From Heptranchias perlo (Eukaryota), in contig NC_090331.1 of NCBI RefSeq assembly GCF_035084215.1, forward strand, positions 71,548,001-71,612,000: DNA of 64,000 nt, written 5' to 3'. Positions 21,871-35,004 of the stretch are shown piece after piece. The translations under genes were made by a program, and so were the position numbers. Position 1 is the first letter of the stretch. Every line of letters begins with the position of its first letter. The notes below the pieces were generated by a model, which was not told the origin of the DNA, did not search any database, and worked only from the letters and a program-made list of their open reading frames with translations.

Positions 21871-22640
21871 TGTCATGTATTGGGATGTTTGATCATTATT
21901 TTTCTTCATGTAAAGGATTGGGGAATGAGTTATATTTAACTATTGTGTTTTAAATCAAAGTAAATTCACACTGGTTTAAAAGTGGTGACACGGGCTGCAG
22001 GCATTGAAGTAATCTACTAAAGCCACATGATCCAGTTTATGAACTAGATCAGCTCACTGCCTACTTTAAACTGAGACAATGGGAGTCAACTGTTTCAGCT
22101 CAGGCTTATTAAACCAGGACAGACCCTATTCACTGAGAATAGCAGGAAATGTTTTCTTTAAACCCGAGGGGAGCAGAGGTAGCTGGTTTTACTGAAAGGC
22201 CTAGTGGCAAATCACTAAACGGGGAAGCAGTCAGATGGATTGTCCTCCCACTGCCTGGGAACACAGAGGAACAAGAAGAAAGGGACACAGGATCAGTTAG
22301 TCAACGAGCTAGGTCTGGTGAGGAAGCATTGGACTAGCAAGCGGAAATTCACTCGTCTCAAGCTCAGGCCCAGTCAGAATCAGAAGGCAGTTGGGAAAAG
22401 TTAAGTGAGCCAGCTAATAGGATGGTGTGGTATATTTTTTATTATTTTTCTTGCTCTTGAGGAAGATTCTGTAGTTAATTGAATTAAGGTTATATTTGAT
22501 TACACCTGTTACTCTCTATGTTCACTTGCTGTCTGCAAACAAAAGTACCTTAACGATTCATATTTTGGCTCATCTCTCCAAGAATTTCAGATCGCCTTCC
22601 GAAAGATTAGAGAAGCACAAGGGAGGGAACGTGCAAAAGA
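21871..22640. mobile_element. Possible solo LTR or unclassified repeat
   Basis: Begins TGTCATGTAT where the CR1 fragment breaks off and has LTR-like composition. No TSD confirmed. Confidence 0.25.
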
Positions 22641-23751
22641 CATAATATCCAGTTGAGATCACAAGGAAGTCATATTGTTATGAGTTAGACTATCGTATAA
22701 TTACGTTGACACTAACGTGATTTGCGTGCTGTACCTGTTGGACAGTTTATCCCCTCCATCTGCACACTCATGATGTTGAGAAGAACTGACATATCAATGA
22801 AATGGATTTAATTTTAAAATGTCGACAGCTATACATAAAAAATAAATTTATTAAGATTCAGCTATTCCTTTGTAGAAATACATAATAATTTCGGATATTT
22901 TAGAATATTCCTGAGATAGGTGTTGTTTGAAAGCTGAAAAATAAAGGAGAAGAGAATTACAGTTATAAGGCTAGGCGGTGGCGGTCATGCTACAGTGGAG
23001 ATGAAAGATTATGTGCCGGCTACTTTGCACTTTGGACCTTAACTAGGTGTTATTTACTTTGCTATTGCAGTTAGTGCTGAGTAGCACAAGCTGTAACCAG
23101 ACACCAGTTAGAGGTGATGAAGTATACAAGGTAATTAACGAGGTGTGAACTACTGACTAAACATTTGTTTCTGCCCGAAATACCCGGCACACTTCACACC
23201 CTGTAAGTGGCAACTTTGTAATTGACTATAATGGAAATAGTTAGTGCTTTTTGTCCGGTTTAAACGTGGCAATTCAAGTGGTGGGGAGGACTGTGCTGTA
23301 TGCACATCCTTGATCAAACGGTAAATGCAGTAAGGGTGGATATGCCAGTGCAGTGATCTTTGTTGGGTTGAAGGCAGTACTCATAGTGGGTCTGCAATGT
23401 GTTGGTTCCAATCTCAATCCCAGAGTTAAATACATTATAGAGTGCATTATGATGTCAATGCCATACATTCTTGGGCATCATTAGGTATAACACCTGCAGA
23501 TACACAAACCAGGCACTCCAGCTTCCATTCATATGATGCATATCAGCATGGCAATCCACCTGTAAATGTTTATTATGCAGTGGTATTTTCAGAGAAAGCA
23601 GGAACAACCCCATAATTTGATTGGTTTAATGGAGGCACATTTAGAATGTAAACACATATATTGTGGCATTATCCTCAAATCTCTTCCTATTGGGAAGTAG
23701 AATTGGGTAATATATCCAAAGAACAGGACATAGCTATTGATTTGTACACTG

Positions 23752-23970
23752 CAGGGGCAGTGGTAGCACTCGTCACTCGTCAGAAGGCGGTGAGTTCAAG
23801 ACCTACTCCAGGACTAAACACGCAATCTGGCTAACATTTTACTACAGTACTGAGGGAGTGCTGCCTTGTATGAGGTGCCATCTTTCAGATCAGATACTAA
23901 GCAGAGGCCCCTGCCTGTTCAAATGAACATGGAAGCTGCCACAGCACTATTCAAATAGTAGAGAGTTCTT
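23752..23970 (+). mobile_element. DeuSINE (SacSINE1-like), 5' part
   Basis: tRNA-like head (GCAGTGGTAGCAC A-box, GAGTTCAAGACC B-box) plus the CAGTACTGAGGGAGTGCTGC Deu core. Confidence 0.75.
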
Positions 23971-23979
23971 TTAAAAAAA

Positions 23980-24752
23980 ATTAATTCATGGGATGTGGGC
24001 ATCGTTGGCAAGGCCAGCATTTATTGCCCATCCCTAATTGCCCTTGAGATGGTGTAGTAAGCCACTTTCTTGATCCGCTGCAGTCCTTGTGGTGGAGGTT
24101 CTCCCACAGTGCTGTTAGGTAAGGAATTCTAGGAATTTGACTCAGCGACGATGAAGGAATGACTATATATTTCCAAGTCAGGATGGTGTGTGACTCGGAG
24201 GGGAATGTGTAGGTGGTGTTGTTCCCATGCACCTGCTGCCCTTGTCCTTCTAGGTGGTAGAGGTTGTAGGTTTTGGAGGTGCTGTTGAAGAAGCCTTGGC
24301 GAGTTGTTGCAGTGCATCTTGTAAATGGTACACACTGCAGCCACAATGCAATGGTGGTGGAGGGAGTGAATGTTTAGGGTGGTGGATGGGGTGCCAAACA
24401 AGTGGGCTGCTTTATCCTGGATGGTGTTGAGCTTCTTGAGTGTTGTTGGAGCTGCACTCATCCAGGCAAGTGGAGAGTATTCCATCACACTCCTGACTTG
24501 TGCCTTGTGGATGGCAGAAAGGCTTTGGGGAGTCAGGAGGTGAGTCACTCACCGCAGAATTCCCAGCCTCTGACCTGCTCTTGTAGCCATAGTGTTTATG
24601 TGGCTGGTCCAGTTAAGTTTCTGGTCAATGGTGACCTCCAGGATGTTGATGGTGGGGGATTTGGCGATGGTAACGCTGTTAAATGTCAAGCGGTGATGGT
24701 TAGAATCTCTCTTGTTGGAGATGGTCATTGCCTGGCATTTGTCTGGTGCGAA
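23980..24752 (-). mobile_element. 5'-truncated LINE (same family as 15515 and 55876 copies)
   Basis: ORF track KCQAMTISNKR..ILEVTIDQKLNWTSHI and HKAQVRSVMEYSPLAW; shared 3' terminus. Confidence 0.88.
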
Positions 24753-26335
24753 TCCTGCATTGGAGGGGGGGGGGCAGGGGAGAGCGAGGAAGAAGAAAGA
24801 GGCTAACACGTGCTAGTTTGAGACTGAATCTGATCTGAATTCCCTGCAGAAATGGAATGTATAGGATCAAAGTATGTGGGAGAGGGAGAAGGTACTGGGC
24901 CCACCACAGGCACAATGAAAAGACTTACTTTTTTTGAGTTTAATAGAAGGGTGAGGTTGCAAAGATATAATTGGAATTGCACTGAATATGTGTCATATTA
25001 CATAACATATATGTTGTGTGTTGGACTGAATATCTGCTAGTGTTGCTTGAACCATTAACTGCAAAAAGAAAAATCTAAAATCAATAGCATTTTACTCAAA
25101 CAAAAGTCATCACTGAGGTATAGGGACTCGTAATGTTTGTGTAACCATAGCACAAGTCAATGTAACCATGACACAAATGAAGACTTGCGATCTATTGTGT
25201 CTGAATTTGCAATGAGAATGTTCAGCTGTATTCTGTTGTAGATTCTTAATGGAGACTAATGCAAGTTCCAGGAACAAAGAATATTGTAATATAAATTCTA
25301 TCCCATCAGGAAATTCTTTTCCCTGTTTTATTGGTAGAGTTTATTGCTTATTATAAAATGCCAGCCTCCAGGTTCACATTATTGAGGACTGCATTCATGC
25401 AATGGGAAAATATAGCCAGATAACTCAGTCTTCACAGTTTTTCAGTAAGAATTGACTGCCTCCTTTTGGCCATATTGGGGTAACAACCAAACTAAATCAT
25501 ACTAACAGACTGCATTTCATAGGACCAAACATGTGTGGAGGAAGGCATCTTGCATGCCAGTCAACAGTGGTTTAAGAAAAGTGAACAGGGATAGATTGTA
25601 CTATGCAGACAATGAATCACATTACAATGAGAAAGGAAACATTGGAGGAAAAATAGACAACTCCCAGCATGCCCAGCACAGGCTTCAACAATCTCAGGCA
25701 GACGGGCAGGTCCTTGTTTTGTGAGACCATGTTGTTTTAACAGTATGCAGAATCTTATTAATTAGCAACCTCCGCCTCCCTGCTTGAGGGAAATTGGATA
25801 TGCAAATTAGATACAAGTGCACCAAGATGCACTAGCCCTTCAAGAGGTGTCACAAAACATATAATAAAACAGAATTAATTACAAAACTCAGATATATTCT
25901 CTTAATCTACAAAATGGGTCACTAATTTTTATAATGCAGACAACTGGAGGAAGCAAAATTAGAAGCATCAGAGTCTACCTCACATTGACAATAATAACCC
26001 ACAACTCAAAGTGAAGGGGTTTTTATTTTGATTATTTGACAGGGGGAATCGTGCTCTCATTGGTGGATTAGCAGTGGAGTGTGAATACTACCAACCACAG
26101 TGAATCCACTGCAACTTGCTCTAATTTGCTACATAGGATGGGTCTGGAGTGGTAATATCACTTCTGATGGGCTTACTGCTGCAGGAAGGGAGGAAGGTAC
26201 AACTTTGATGCAGAGGCTGCAGCCAGTTTAAGGTCAACATCATTTACTGAGCAGCAGGAAGATCTGTAGCAATGTCTGAAGTAGCAGCGGCAACATCATC
26301 ATCTTCGGGGGGCGGGGGGGTGAACATCTGCAAGG

Positions 26336-26985
26336 GCGTCCAGATTCTCAGATACATCACTGGAAGTGTTGTTTGCTGAATTAAGGGCCAGAAGAGGCAG
26401 ACTGCTGAGCAATGAGGACAGGAAGCCCCATTTAAGAGGGTAGTGCTGACTGTATGCAGGGAGTTATCAGTGCAACCTACACCATCCCAAGTGCCGGAAG
26501 AGGTTCAATGACAGCACAAGGTGACCAAGATAAGTCAAAGTACTATTGCCAATACACATCCTCTACCACTCACACAGATATCAGTGGGCTCCTTATCAAT
26601 CGTATCTCTTTCAGTATCTGCGTTTCAGGGGAACTAACTTCTACAAAAGGGCAGCCTCTCTAAACACTCATTCACTTTCTTTACTCAAAACTGCCACAGG
26701 GACTACTGTTGGTCTTAATCACATTTCATTTAAAGGGACAATGCATCTCCATTACACCATCATGGGATGAATGCGCTCAAATGGATGAAAGTGTCCATGA
26801 TCCTTACATGCCCTTAGAATTGTCTTCTCTCCCTCCAAAGGAAAGCCTGGTGGACAACCAGTGCCACAGGAATGCGGCCAGAGAGGAGCAGCATTGAAAA
26901 TCCTGAGTGCACGTGAAGAGGAGATACTGCAAATAGTGGATAGACATATAAGGGAGCCTGTGGGAGAGGGCAAATTTGGAGGCAA
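26336..26985 (+). pseudogene. Harbinger Myb/SANT gene remnants (exon 1 about 26336-26530; exon 2 about 26840-26985)
   Basis: ASRFSDTSLEVLFAELRARRGRL...KCRKRFND, then AALKILSAREEEILQIV, which parallels exon 2 of family B (VVLTEAEEEALEI). Confidence 0.65.
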
Positions 26986-28329
26986 GGTGGTTGATAAAAG
27001 GTTGGTAAAAGCTGGGAAAGTCTTGGCATATATGCTTTCTCAAAGTATTGCGATGCTCTTAAACTATTTCTTCAAAAGGGGAGTGTCACTGTGTACACAG
27101 CAATCTTTTCTGCACTCCACAACAGAGGGGGTGCCTTACAGGAACAATTCTACTGGGGAATCTGACCCAGATCCGCAGTCTCAACTGCTGTCACTCCCTC
27201 GTCTTACTTGTGCAAGCACCAATACAGAGACACCCACTTGGGAGGATACGGTTAGTGAGTCTTTTCAACAGGTAAGCCAGTGAGCACTAGTGAGCATGAA
27301 AAGCTGGAAGTGGAAGAGAGGGAAAGTGCCATTCCTGCACAGGAGGATGGTAAAACAATCACCCTTGGCTGAGGAGCTTAGTGACCCATATCTCTGAGCC
27401 CAGTCTTCAAAAGAGTTACAATTAAGGAACATTGATCTCATGTACAGACAGTGGAAACAGTTTCCATGCATATGGTTGAGATGATGGACAAATGGGACAA
27501 TCCACTGTCCACATCTGCAATACATTGCAGAAAGTTTCCCACCACATGTACAGCACCACAGCCCAGGAGATGTCTGCAGTATCAAGGTACCAGGAATAGT
27601 TTCTAGGGACATTGGTGGCTTACAGAGTGGAAGTTACCACTGTTTCAATAGATGCCTTCCGAGTCAGCCTGTAGGCCACACTTGCACAGGGTTTCAAAGT
27701 CCCAGTTGGGACTATTTGATCTGTAATGATAATGATCAGTAGTCTTTGAGCCTGTGCCTAGCACCAATGGGCTTCAAGGAGTGGGTGCAGATGCCACTGC
27801 CTCTCTGGAGAATGGCATTGAGTCTGTCTTAAAGTCCCCTCCAAGGCCTAGACATGAGGGGTCTTTAGACATTGGCCTACGCCCCCCACCCTTGCCACCA
27901 CAACTGTAAGGCTGCTGGAAGTTTGATCCTCAGGTCTTTAAGGATCGTGGGGAATCATCCCAGTCACCTACCACTCAACCTCATCTCACTCAGGAATGAA
28001 GTAGATGGAGTAGAAGATTAGAAGCAGGAGCATTAAGTTAGCTGGCATAAAGGGTAGACACAACGTGTTGTTGATAGGGCGTTTGGAATTTGTGGCACTT
28101 TTTGGAGAATATGTTGTTCTGTAAAGTAAACATGGCTTATGAACAGCGTTCTGAGTTTATTTCTGTGTATGCTTTCACTTTTTGAATGCTTGGATGAAGA
28201 CAGGGGAAATGTAGACTTCTGCCAAATTCCTCGACAGTAAAGGACTATTGAAAGCATTTTCCTATCAGTTACGTCCTCCTTTCTTTGGTCGTTGGCTGTC
28301 CTGTCCCACATTTCCTTTCTGTGCATCTT

Positions 28330-29290
28330 CTTCATTATGGGAGGAGGTTGGGGTAAAGAAAGGTCCTTCCATCCCTCATCATCATAGCCTTTAACTTCTG
28401 GAAGCTGCAAGCCTTTCTTTGTTGTAATATCGTGCAGAATACAGCAAGCTGCAACGATTCTTGAAACGCTCACTTCACTCCGTCAGATTCATCCAGGCAC
28501 CGAAAAAGGAAATTGAGAATTCCTATGATCTACTCTACTGCTTCGTGCGGTGGCATGGGGAGTATTGTATCTGTTGTCTCCTTTCTTTGTGGTAACCTTA
28601 TTGAGGTCATCATCTATGGCTGCAGGGGATAGCCCTGATCACCAAACAACCATTCAGATACATGACTCCAAGTCATGAGGGCTGGAATGATAGATTGTCA
28701 TATGGTTAAAGCATCATATCAACTTCCTGGATATCTGGCACTGATGGTAAGGTAACTAGTATCACACACATACACTAGCTGTGGATCAATAGAATTAAAG
28801 CCTTCCCTATTCGAAAATTTTAGGGGTTGTGATATGGTATTTTTTTGTGGCACGGGTTCCATCGATCATTCCTTGCACCTGTGGGAATCCTGCCAGTTTG
28901 TGGAACTGGATAGTGCTCTCTCTCTGTTTGGCTGCTGCTAATGGAAAGGAAATGGATTCCACAATCTTCATAAATAGAGCATCAGCCACCTTCTTGATGT
29001 GGTGGTGAGCATCTGCTTAAGGTGGCAAAGGTCACCTGATGCTGGCTGGAACGATGCAGTCACAAAGAAATTGAAGACAGCGGTGACCTTGAGTGGTAGA
29101 GAGTACTGTTTCCTTAGTGGAAGTGGGCTACAGGTCTTCAGCCAGCAGTTGACATCTGCACACAATATAGCCTACAGGGGAAACACAGTCTTCTGAAGCA
29201 TTGACGGTCAGAAAAGTTTAAGACGTTCTTGGTATGTGGACCGTGCTGAGTGAGTAAATGTATGTAGGGAAGAGACGTATTTCGTGATAC
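28330..29290 (-). pseudogene. HARBI1-like DDE_Tnp_4 transposase, decayed but near full-length
   Basis: Motifs in correct order: LKVTAVFNFFVTASFQPASGDLCH, ADALF..ISFP, AGFPQVQGMIDGT, NRKGFNSI, ARYPGS*YDA, WLFGDQGYPL, FRCLDES, VSRIVAACCILHD. Confidence 0.88.
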
Positions 29291-30049
29291 CTAACTCCAA
29301 GAGCCTCCAATTTAACCATGAGATGAGCCTCATGGACAAAGTGAGTATGGAGTGACCATGATCAAATTACTTCAAGATGGAATGTTTGAGTGACTCTCTG
29401 GTAACTAGTGCCAATGAGGAAATTCACCAGCATGGGGTGTTTTATTATTAAGAACATAAAATCCAGAGCAAGAAAAGGCCATTTTAGCCCATCAAGCCCA
29501 CGACATCTAGACTCTATGTAAAATTATTCGATCATGAACTTTTCCTGCCGCCATCCTTTGTTAAAAGGAGCAGAGTTCCTTCCTCTATCTCCTCTGGCAA
29601 TAAAACACAAACAGGGTTACTAAAATCACTATAACCCGAAGTTTCCCTTATTGACAGATTTCAATCGAGCTTCCTTCAAAAAGGTGTCAATTGATCCTAA
29701 ATCACCCAAGCATGAACTATGGTCACATGAATCGGTCCTATTTTAAGTATGCTGGTAGTCTTGTGGGGTTAGTAGAATCTAACCCCACAGAACACATTTT
29801 ACCACTGGGTTAGAAACAAGTGGCTTCTCTTAAAGGGGAGGGGGGGAACACCAGTTTTTTTTGAGGATGAAGTTGGCCCTAATCATGAAGGAATCCAGTG
29901 AACGTTTTAAGGGGTAGCACTTGATGTACACTGGTAGGTTTGAGTTTTGCTCAAACCCATAGTCCCAACTGCCTGGTTTAAAATTTTCTGTTGTCCCACA
30001 TCCACCAGCCTATCAGAAGGTAGAGTCATTGCAAGTTATACATATTTAT

Positions 30050-30482
30050 TATAGCTCTCTCATCAATTAGTCAGAAGGTTATGGGTTCAAGCCCCACTTT
30101 AGAGATCTGAGCATATAATCAAGGCTAACACTTAAGTGCGGTACTGAGGGAGTGCTGCATTGTTGGAGGTGCCCTCTTTCACATGAGGCATTAAACAGAG
30201 GCCCTGTCTGCCCTCTCAGGTGGATGTAAAAGATCCCGTGGAACTATTCAAAGAGCAGGGAAGTTCTTGGCCAATATTTATCTCTCAATCACTAAAACAG
30301 ATTATCTGGTCATTTATCTCATTGCTGTCTGTGAGACCTTACTGTGCACAAATTAGCTGCCACGTTTCCCTACAATACAATAACTACACGTCAAAAGTAC
30401 TTTATTGCCTGTAAAGTACTTTGGGACATCCTGAGGTCATGAAAGGCGCAAAAGGCATGAAGTGTACATGTTTTCTTTCTTT
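30050..30482 (+). mobile_element. DeuSINE (SacSINE1-like), near full-length
   Basis: B-box GGGTTCAAGCCC; core GTACTGAGGGAGTGCTGCATTG...GGTGGATGTAAAAGATCCC; tail TTGGGACATCCTGAGGTCATGAAAGGCGC. Confidence 0.85.
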
Positions 30483-30677
30483 ACATCAGAATTTTACACT
30501 GTGTAGGCATTTAGCCAGAGTTTTTTTTCAATTAACTTATTTTTGAATTTTTTATTGTGCAACAGTTGTTTACATAACACTTCCCACATGTTGCTCCCTA
30601 GTACATGATCCAAGCCTTGTGCTCCCATTGGTTTTGACCATATTCCCCAACCATCTCACTGTTGGACCTAGCCTATT

Positions 30678-30962
30678 TCATCATAGAATCATAGAAGTTT
30701 ACAACATGGAAACAGGCCCTTCGGCCCAACATGTCCATGTCGCGCAGTTTATACCACTAAGCTAGTCCCAATTGCCTGCACTTGGCCCATATCCCTCTAT
30801 ACCCATCTTACCCATGTAACTGTCCAAATGCTTTTTAAAAGACAAAATTGTACCCGCCTCTACTACTGCCTCTGGCAGCTCGTTCCAGACACTCACCACC
30901 CTTTGAGTGAAAAAATTGCCCCTCTGGACCCTTTTGTATCTCCCCCCTCTCACCTTAAATAG
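30678..30962 (-). mobile_element. CR1 LINE 3' end (well preserved, 5'-truncated)
   Basis: FKVRGGRYKRVQRGNFFTQRVVSVWNELPEAVVEAGT..FKKHLD, and a (TTCTATGA)n-type tail. Confidence 0.9.
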
Positions 30963-32379
30963 CACTGACTTAATTTACTCCCTTACCTTGACCCTTCTCC
31001 CCTCCTAACTGTCAATTCTTATTGGCCCAACCCAACTCATACATTTGCATTAAAAACTGTGGCTGAAATGTTTCACGCTTGTGGAATACCAGCATGTGCT
31101 CCACAGTGTGGGATTTCCAGTTGCTTAAAGATGTGCCAACAACCTCAGCCAAATTTTCCAGCATCAAGGTCATTTGTATTTTTCATGCATGCTCCCTGGC
31201 CTCCCCATACAGGGAGTGGAGACTGGTTGTGGCAAACCCTCGAAAGTGTCTATCCTTGCCTTGAAATCTAGAAGAGATTTCAGTAATGTGCTAGGAAGTG
31301 AATAGCAAGCCCTATTTGGAGATTGATACTGTGTACTAGACTATCTTATGCCTCTATAATTTCACTTGTCTTTAAAAGCAGTAGATCTCATCTTTACAGT
31401 TTAAAATATGAAGCAAATTTATCATGCAAATAACGAACAAGTGAATAATCTTATTGGGATATAACATTTATTAACAAGTGACTAATCTTTTATCTAGTTC
31501 ATCAAATAGACTAAATAATGAAATCACAACTCTCAAATCCACCTCAATTCTTTTATAAATGACTTTTAAATAGTGTTTTTCTTATCTTTCAGGAATGTAA
31601 ACCTTTCTTTTCTGAGGTTGTCAAACAGCCTCTTGACTGCTCTGAGGCTTTCAAGTAACTGCCTTTCTCATAGGACCCTTCAACTTCAATTACCTTTTAT
31701 TTGAACAAAATTGTCTCTTTCATATCCCAGAAAAGCGTTACTGGGATATCATGGACTTTGAATATCAATCCACTCAAATTTAAAATGTACCTGTCAGCCA
31801 AATGCAAACTGAACCAATTATCAAGTTTATATATATTTGAAAATGAGGCGTCACTCTTCCCAATCCTTTTACCAGGCAGACTGCAACAATAAAACTCAAC
31901 TATGTATTAGGACAGGCTTCAGCTAGCTGCTAAACTTCCGTTGCACAGTGGATACATTTTAAAGTGGCAGCTACCAAAGATTAGACAGAAAACACATAAC
32001 TTTTGTCACAGTGTTTGAAAAGGAGAGAAACTTTTAACTGTCATTTAATATACAGTCAGTGAGCAGAGAGCAATGCTTGGAAAATCTCCTGATTATATGC
32101 CATTAATTATAATGCTGAAAGTACATAGTTTCCTTTTTCCTAGCCAACAGCTCTAATGAAGTCGTGGATTGATCCTCAGCCATTCTCTTGATAGATTTTC
32201 AACACATAACATAATCCAGAAAAACAGTGTATATAACACAAAGGCCAGTAGCATTTTGTTTTTAAGGTGAACTACGGATTGCTGATTTAAAAAAAAATGG
32301 AAACCATTAGCTGACAGAATGTTAAAAGTATGCTGCTACCTTGGGGGTTTATTTACTAAGTTTGGTTATTAAGAACGTA

Positions 32380-32870
32380 AGTACCCGTTTAACAACATAA
32401 TATTTGTTAATACAACGCCAATCAACCTTCCTGGTCCAGGAAAGGAACAATTTAAACTGTCCTATCTCATTCCTGCATGTCATCGATTCCTCTTAGAGAT
32501 TTGAAAAATTTAAAATTAAACATTTTTTTTCTTATTTTTCCTCCTGTCTCTCCATTCTCTCTTTCTTAATCCAATCTTTCTTTCCCTGTCTTTATTTCTC
32601 TTTCTGTACCTGATTTGACTAATTCATCCACTCTAATTCACCCTCCTTCTCTGTTGTTCCTCTGTTTCTTTTTCAATCCTTAAATATCATTGGTTAAGGA
32701 GATAGACTGCTGGTCCCATCGTTCACTGAGGGCCCAGATGCACCATTGCCCTCGCCATGTCGTTATCAGCTTACACTTCTAGCAAGTTACGGCACTTGGG
32801 TGCAGTAAAAAGTCTAACCAACGGTGTATGCAGCAAGGTGCCCCGCTCCAATTATCATCTGCAGCCTTTG
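32380..32870. mobile_element. Decayed non-autonomous DNA element related to 12746-13517
   Basis: Shared block TCTTAATCCAATCTTTC...TCTGTAC.TGATTTGA...CAATCCTT.AAT. Confidence 0.45.
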
Positions 32871-35004
32871 CTTCTCACTACAAAATGTCATCTCAAAGAA
32901 TGCACAATGCTCCTTTCCTTGCAGAAGATGACAAACAGACACACACACACTTTGGTTCGTATGTGTGAGTTTTAGGAAGGAACAAAATTAATCACTGATC
33001 AGGGCCAATGGCCCTACTGAATTAATTAATCATTCCAACTGGACAGGAACAGCGATAAAATACAAAATATAACATGAGGATAAACTGGTAAGCAGGTTGT
33101 TTCATTGCATGAGAAAATGCAAGCAGGTCCAACTAGAATTCCAGTTTCTGTTGCCCAGATAGGCAATATCATGAATCAAAGACTCTCTGCTCAGTAGTCT
33201 GCCAGTGAGCTACATATAGCATCAATAACTTTAATGCAGAAGGACATTAGGCACGCATGCACCAAGTACAGTTGGGTATTTCTTAGAATAATCCCATCAA
33301 TAATGTAGAGTTATTGGGGTCCAAAATCCAAGAAGTGATAGAGGCTAGTTTCAGCACCTTTTGAAATATATTAGGGACAGCCATTTGTATCAGTCTTTAG
33401 TTGAGAAAAGAAGTCAAAAGTTGCTTGATGGCTAAGATTGGCTGTTTGAAATGTTAACACATTAACAGAGTGCAAATTCAATTACGCCAACTAATGGTTA
33501 TTAAATTCAGATGTTTGCAGAAAGACAGTGATATTGTGACATTAACACATTTCCCCACAAGGTAGTAATTCTGGTGTGCTTTTAATTTGTAGATGGACTT
33601 GAAAGGTATGGCTATAACTTGAAAGATTTTCCATAGCATAAATATACAGCTCTGATTATTTAGCTTTAGTTCAATTTTTAAATCTGAACTCTGGATTGGA
33701 AATTCATGTCATTAATGAACAATTTTGTATTGTGATAGTTTAGGAAACACTTTCATCCAAAGGTCTTGCTACTTATCGAGCTATATATGACATATATTCT
33801 GAACTGGGTATTGTAACCCCATATGCACTGATTTTGTCCTTATTGTTTCAAAAGTGACACTTTCAATAATGTGTTCTGTCTTACTGCTTCTGTGTATTAT
33901 TCTACCTGTAAATAAATCTGATCATTAGTGTTAGCCTGTACAAATTGGTCTGATGAGGTGGGTATCCCAATGTAACTGAGTGCAGATATGACAATAAAAG
34001 GGGCAACTGTTAATCCTAAGCATGCTATCTCAGATGTAATGGCCTGGAAATTCCACAGGGATTCTCCCAGTCTCCTGCAAAAACTTTGGAGGTAGACCAA
34101 CAAGGCAGGCCTAAAGGGTCTCCCACTGAAGTTACAACTGGAGATTAGGAGAACCCCCGGCCAATATGTAAAACGATTGTGGTTTTTTCTCACAGGATAC
34201 CGATCAGTATGGAAACTGATTGTTTGTTGTAAATGGGACAGAAGTGTTGAGAATAGCCCAAATTATATTATTGGTTTCTAAGTGTCCCTATCTCTCCTTC
34301 TCCAAAATGCCTCAGAGAGATTTGGTGCTATATCTATTCTTCTGGGTTCACCAAATCTTTCCTCTTTAGTTCTGTAAGCTATCTCCTGCGTTGGTCACCC
34401 ATCAAATTCTACCTGCTCACGCTGCTGCTTTTACACCAGCTGCAGTTGTGCAAACATAATGCAATCCAGAGTAAACTTGCTCATTTCCTATTAACGGCTG
34501 TTTAACAAGCAAAAGAAAAAACAAGGCCAGTGCATTAGTGTGTGTTACTAAAATTGCTCCCAAGAGTAAACAAATGTGTGAACAAAAATTAGCACCCATT
34601 CCATTAACACTAATAAAATTAGTACACCATAAAGAACAATTAGCACGCGCAGATGCTTGAACACTCACAACAAAGGGATCCACGATGTTTTATATTGAAA
34701 AACGAAGTTTTTCAGGTACCTACGGGCGGTGCATTCAAATAAATGTAGAATCATGTGCTGAATGTAATTGAGAAATCTATTAATAACCATTACCATTGTG
34801 TAAACCTTCAGGCTGCCTCACACTCATTAAACAGATGCACTGCAATATTAAACGTGATCTTTGTGTACTCTGCTGATATTGTCAAGAAACATTCTGTGGC
34901 ATCAAATGACTCTTATAATGCCTTCAATGTGCATCGTTCCACCTAAATCACGTCTTCTATGGTTTGCAAAGATTTAAGGGGTTCAACAGAATTCCTTTCA
35001 CATA

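Larger units (their letters stand above)
26030..29990. mobile_element. Old, formerly autonomous PIF/Harbinger element (family C), boundaries uncertain
   Basis: Myb/SANT remnant on + converges with a full-length decayed DDE nuclease on -. TIRs not confidently found. Confidence 0.7.

Noticed and set aside
23752-23815. tRNA gene
   Set aside because: The A and B boxes belong to a SINE head; no cloverleaf.
34040-34175. Weak hairpin or MITE (similar weak ones near 46960-47140 and 59890-59985)
   Set aside because: Arms too degenerate to support a call.
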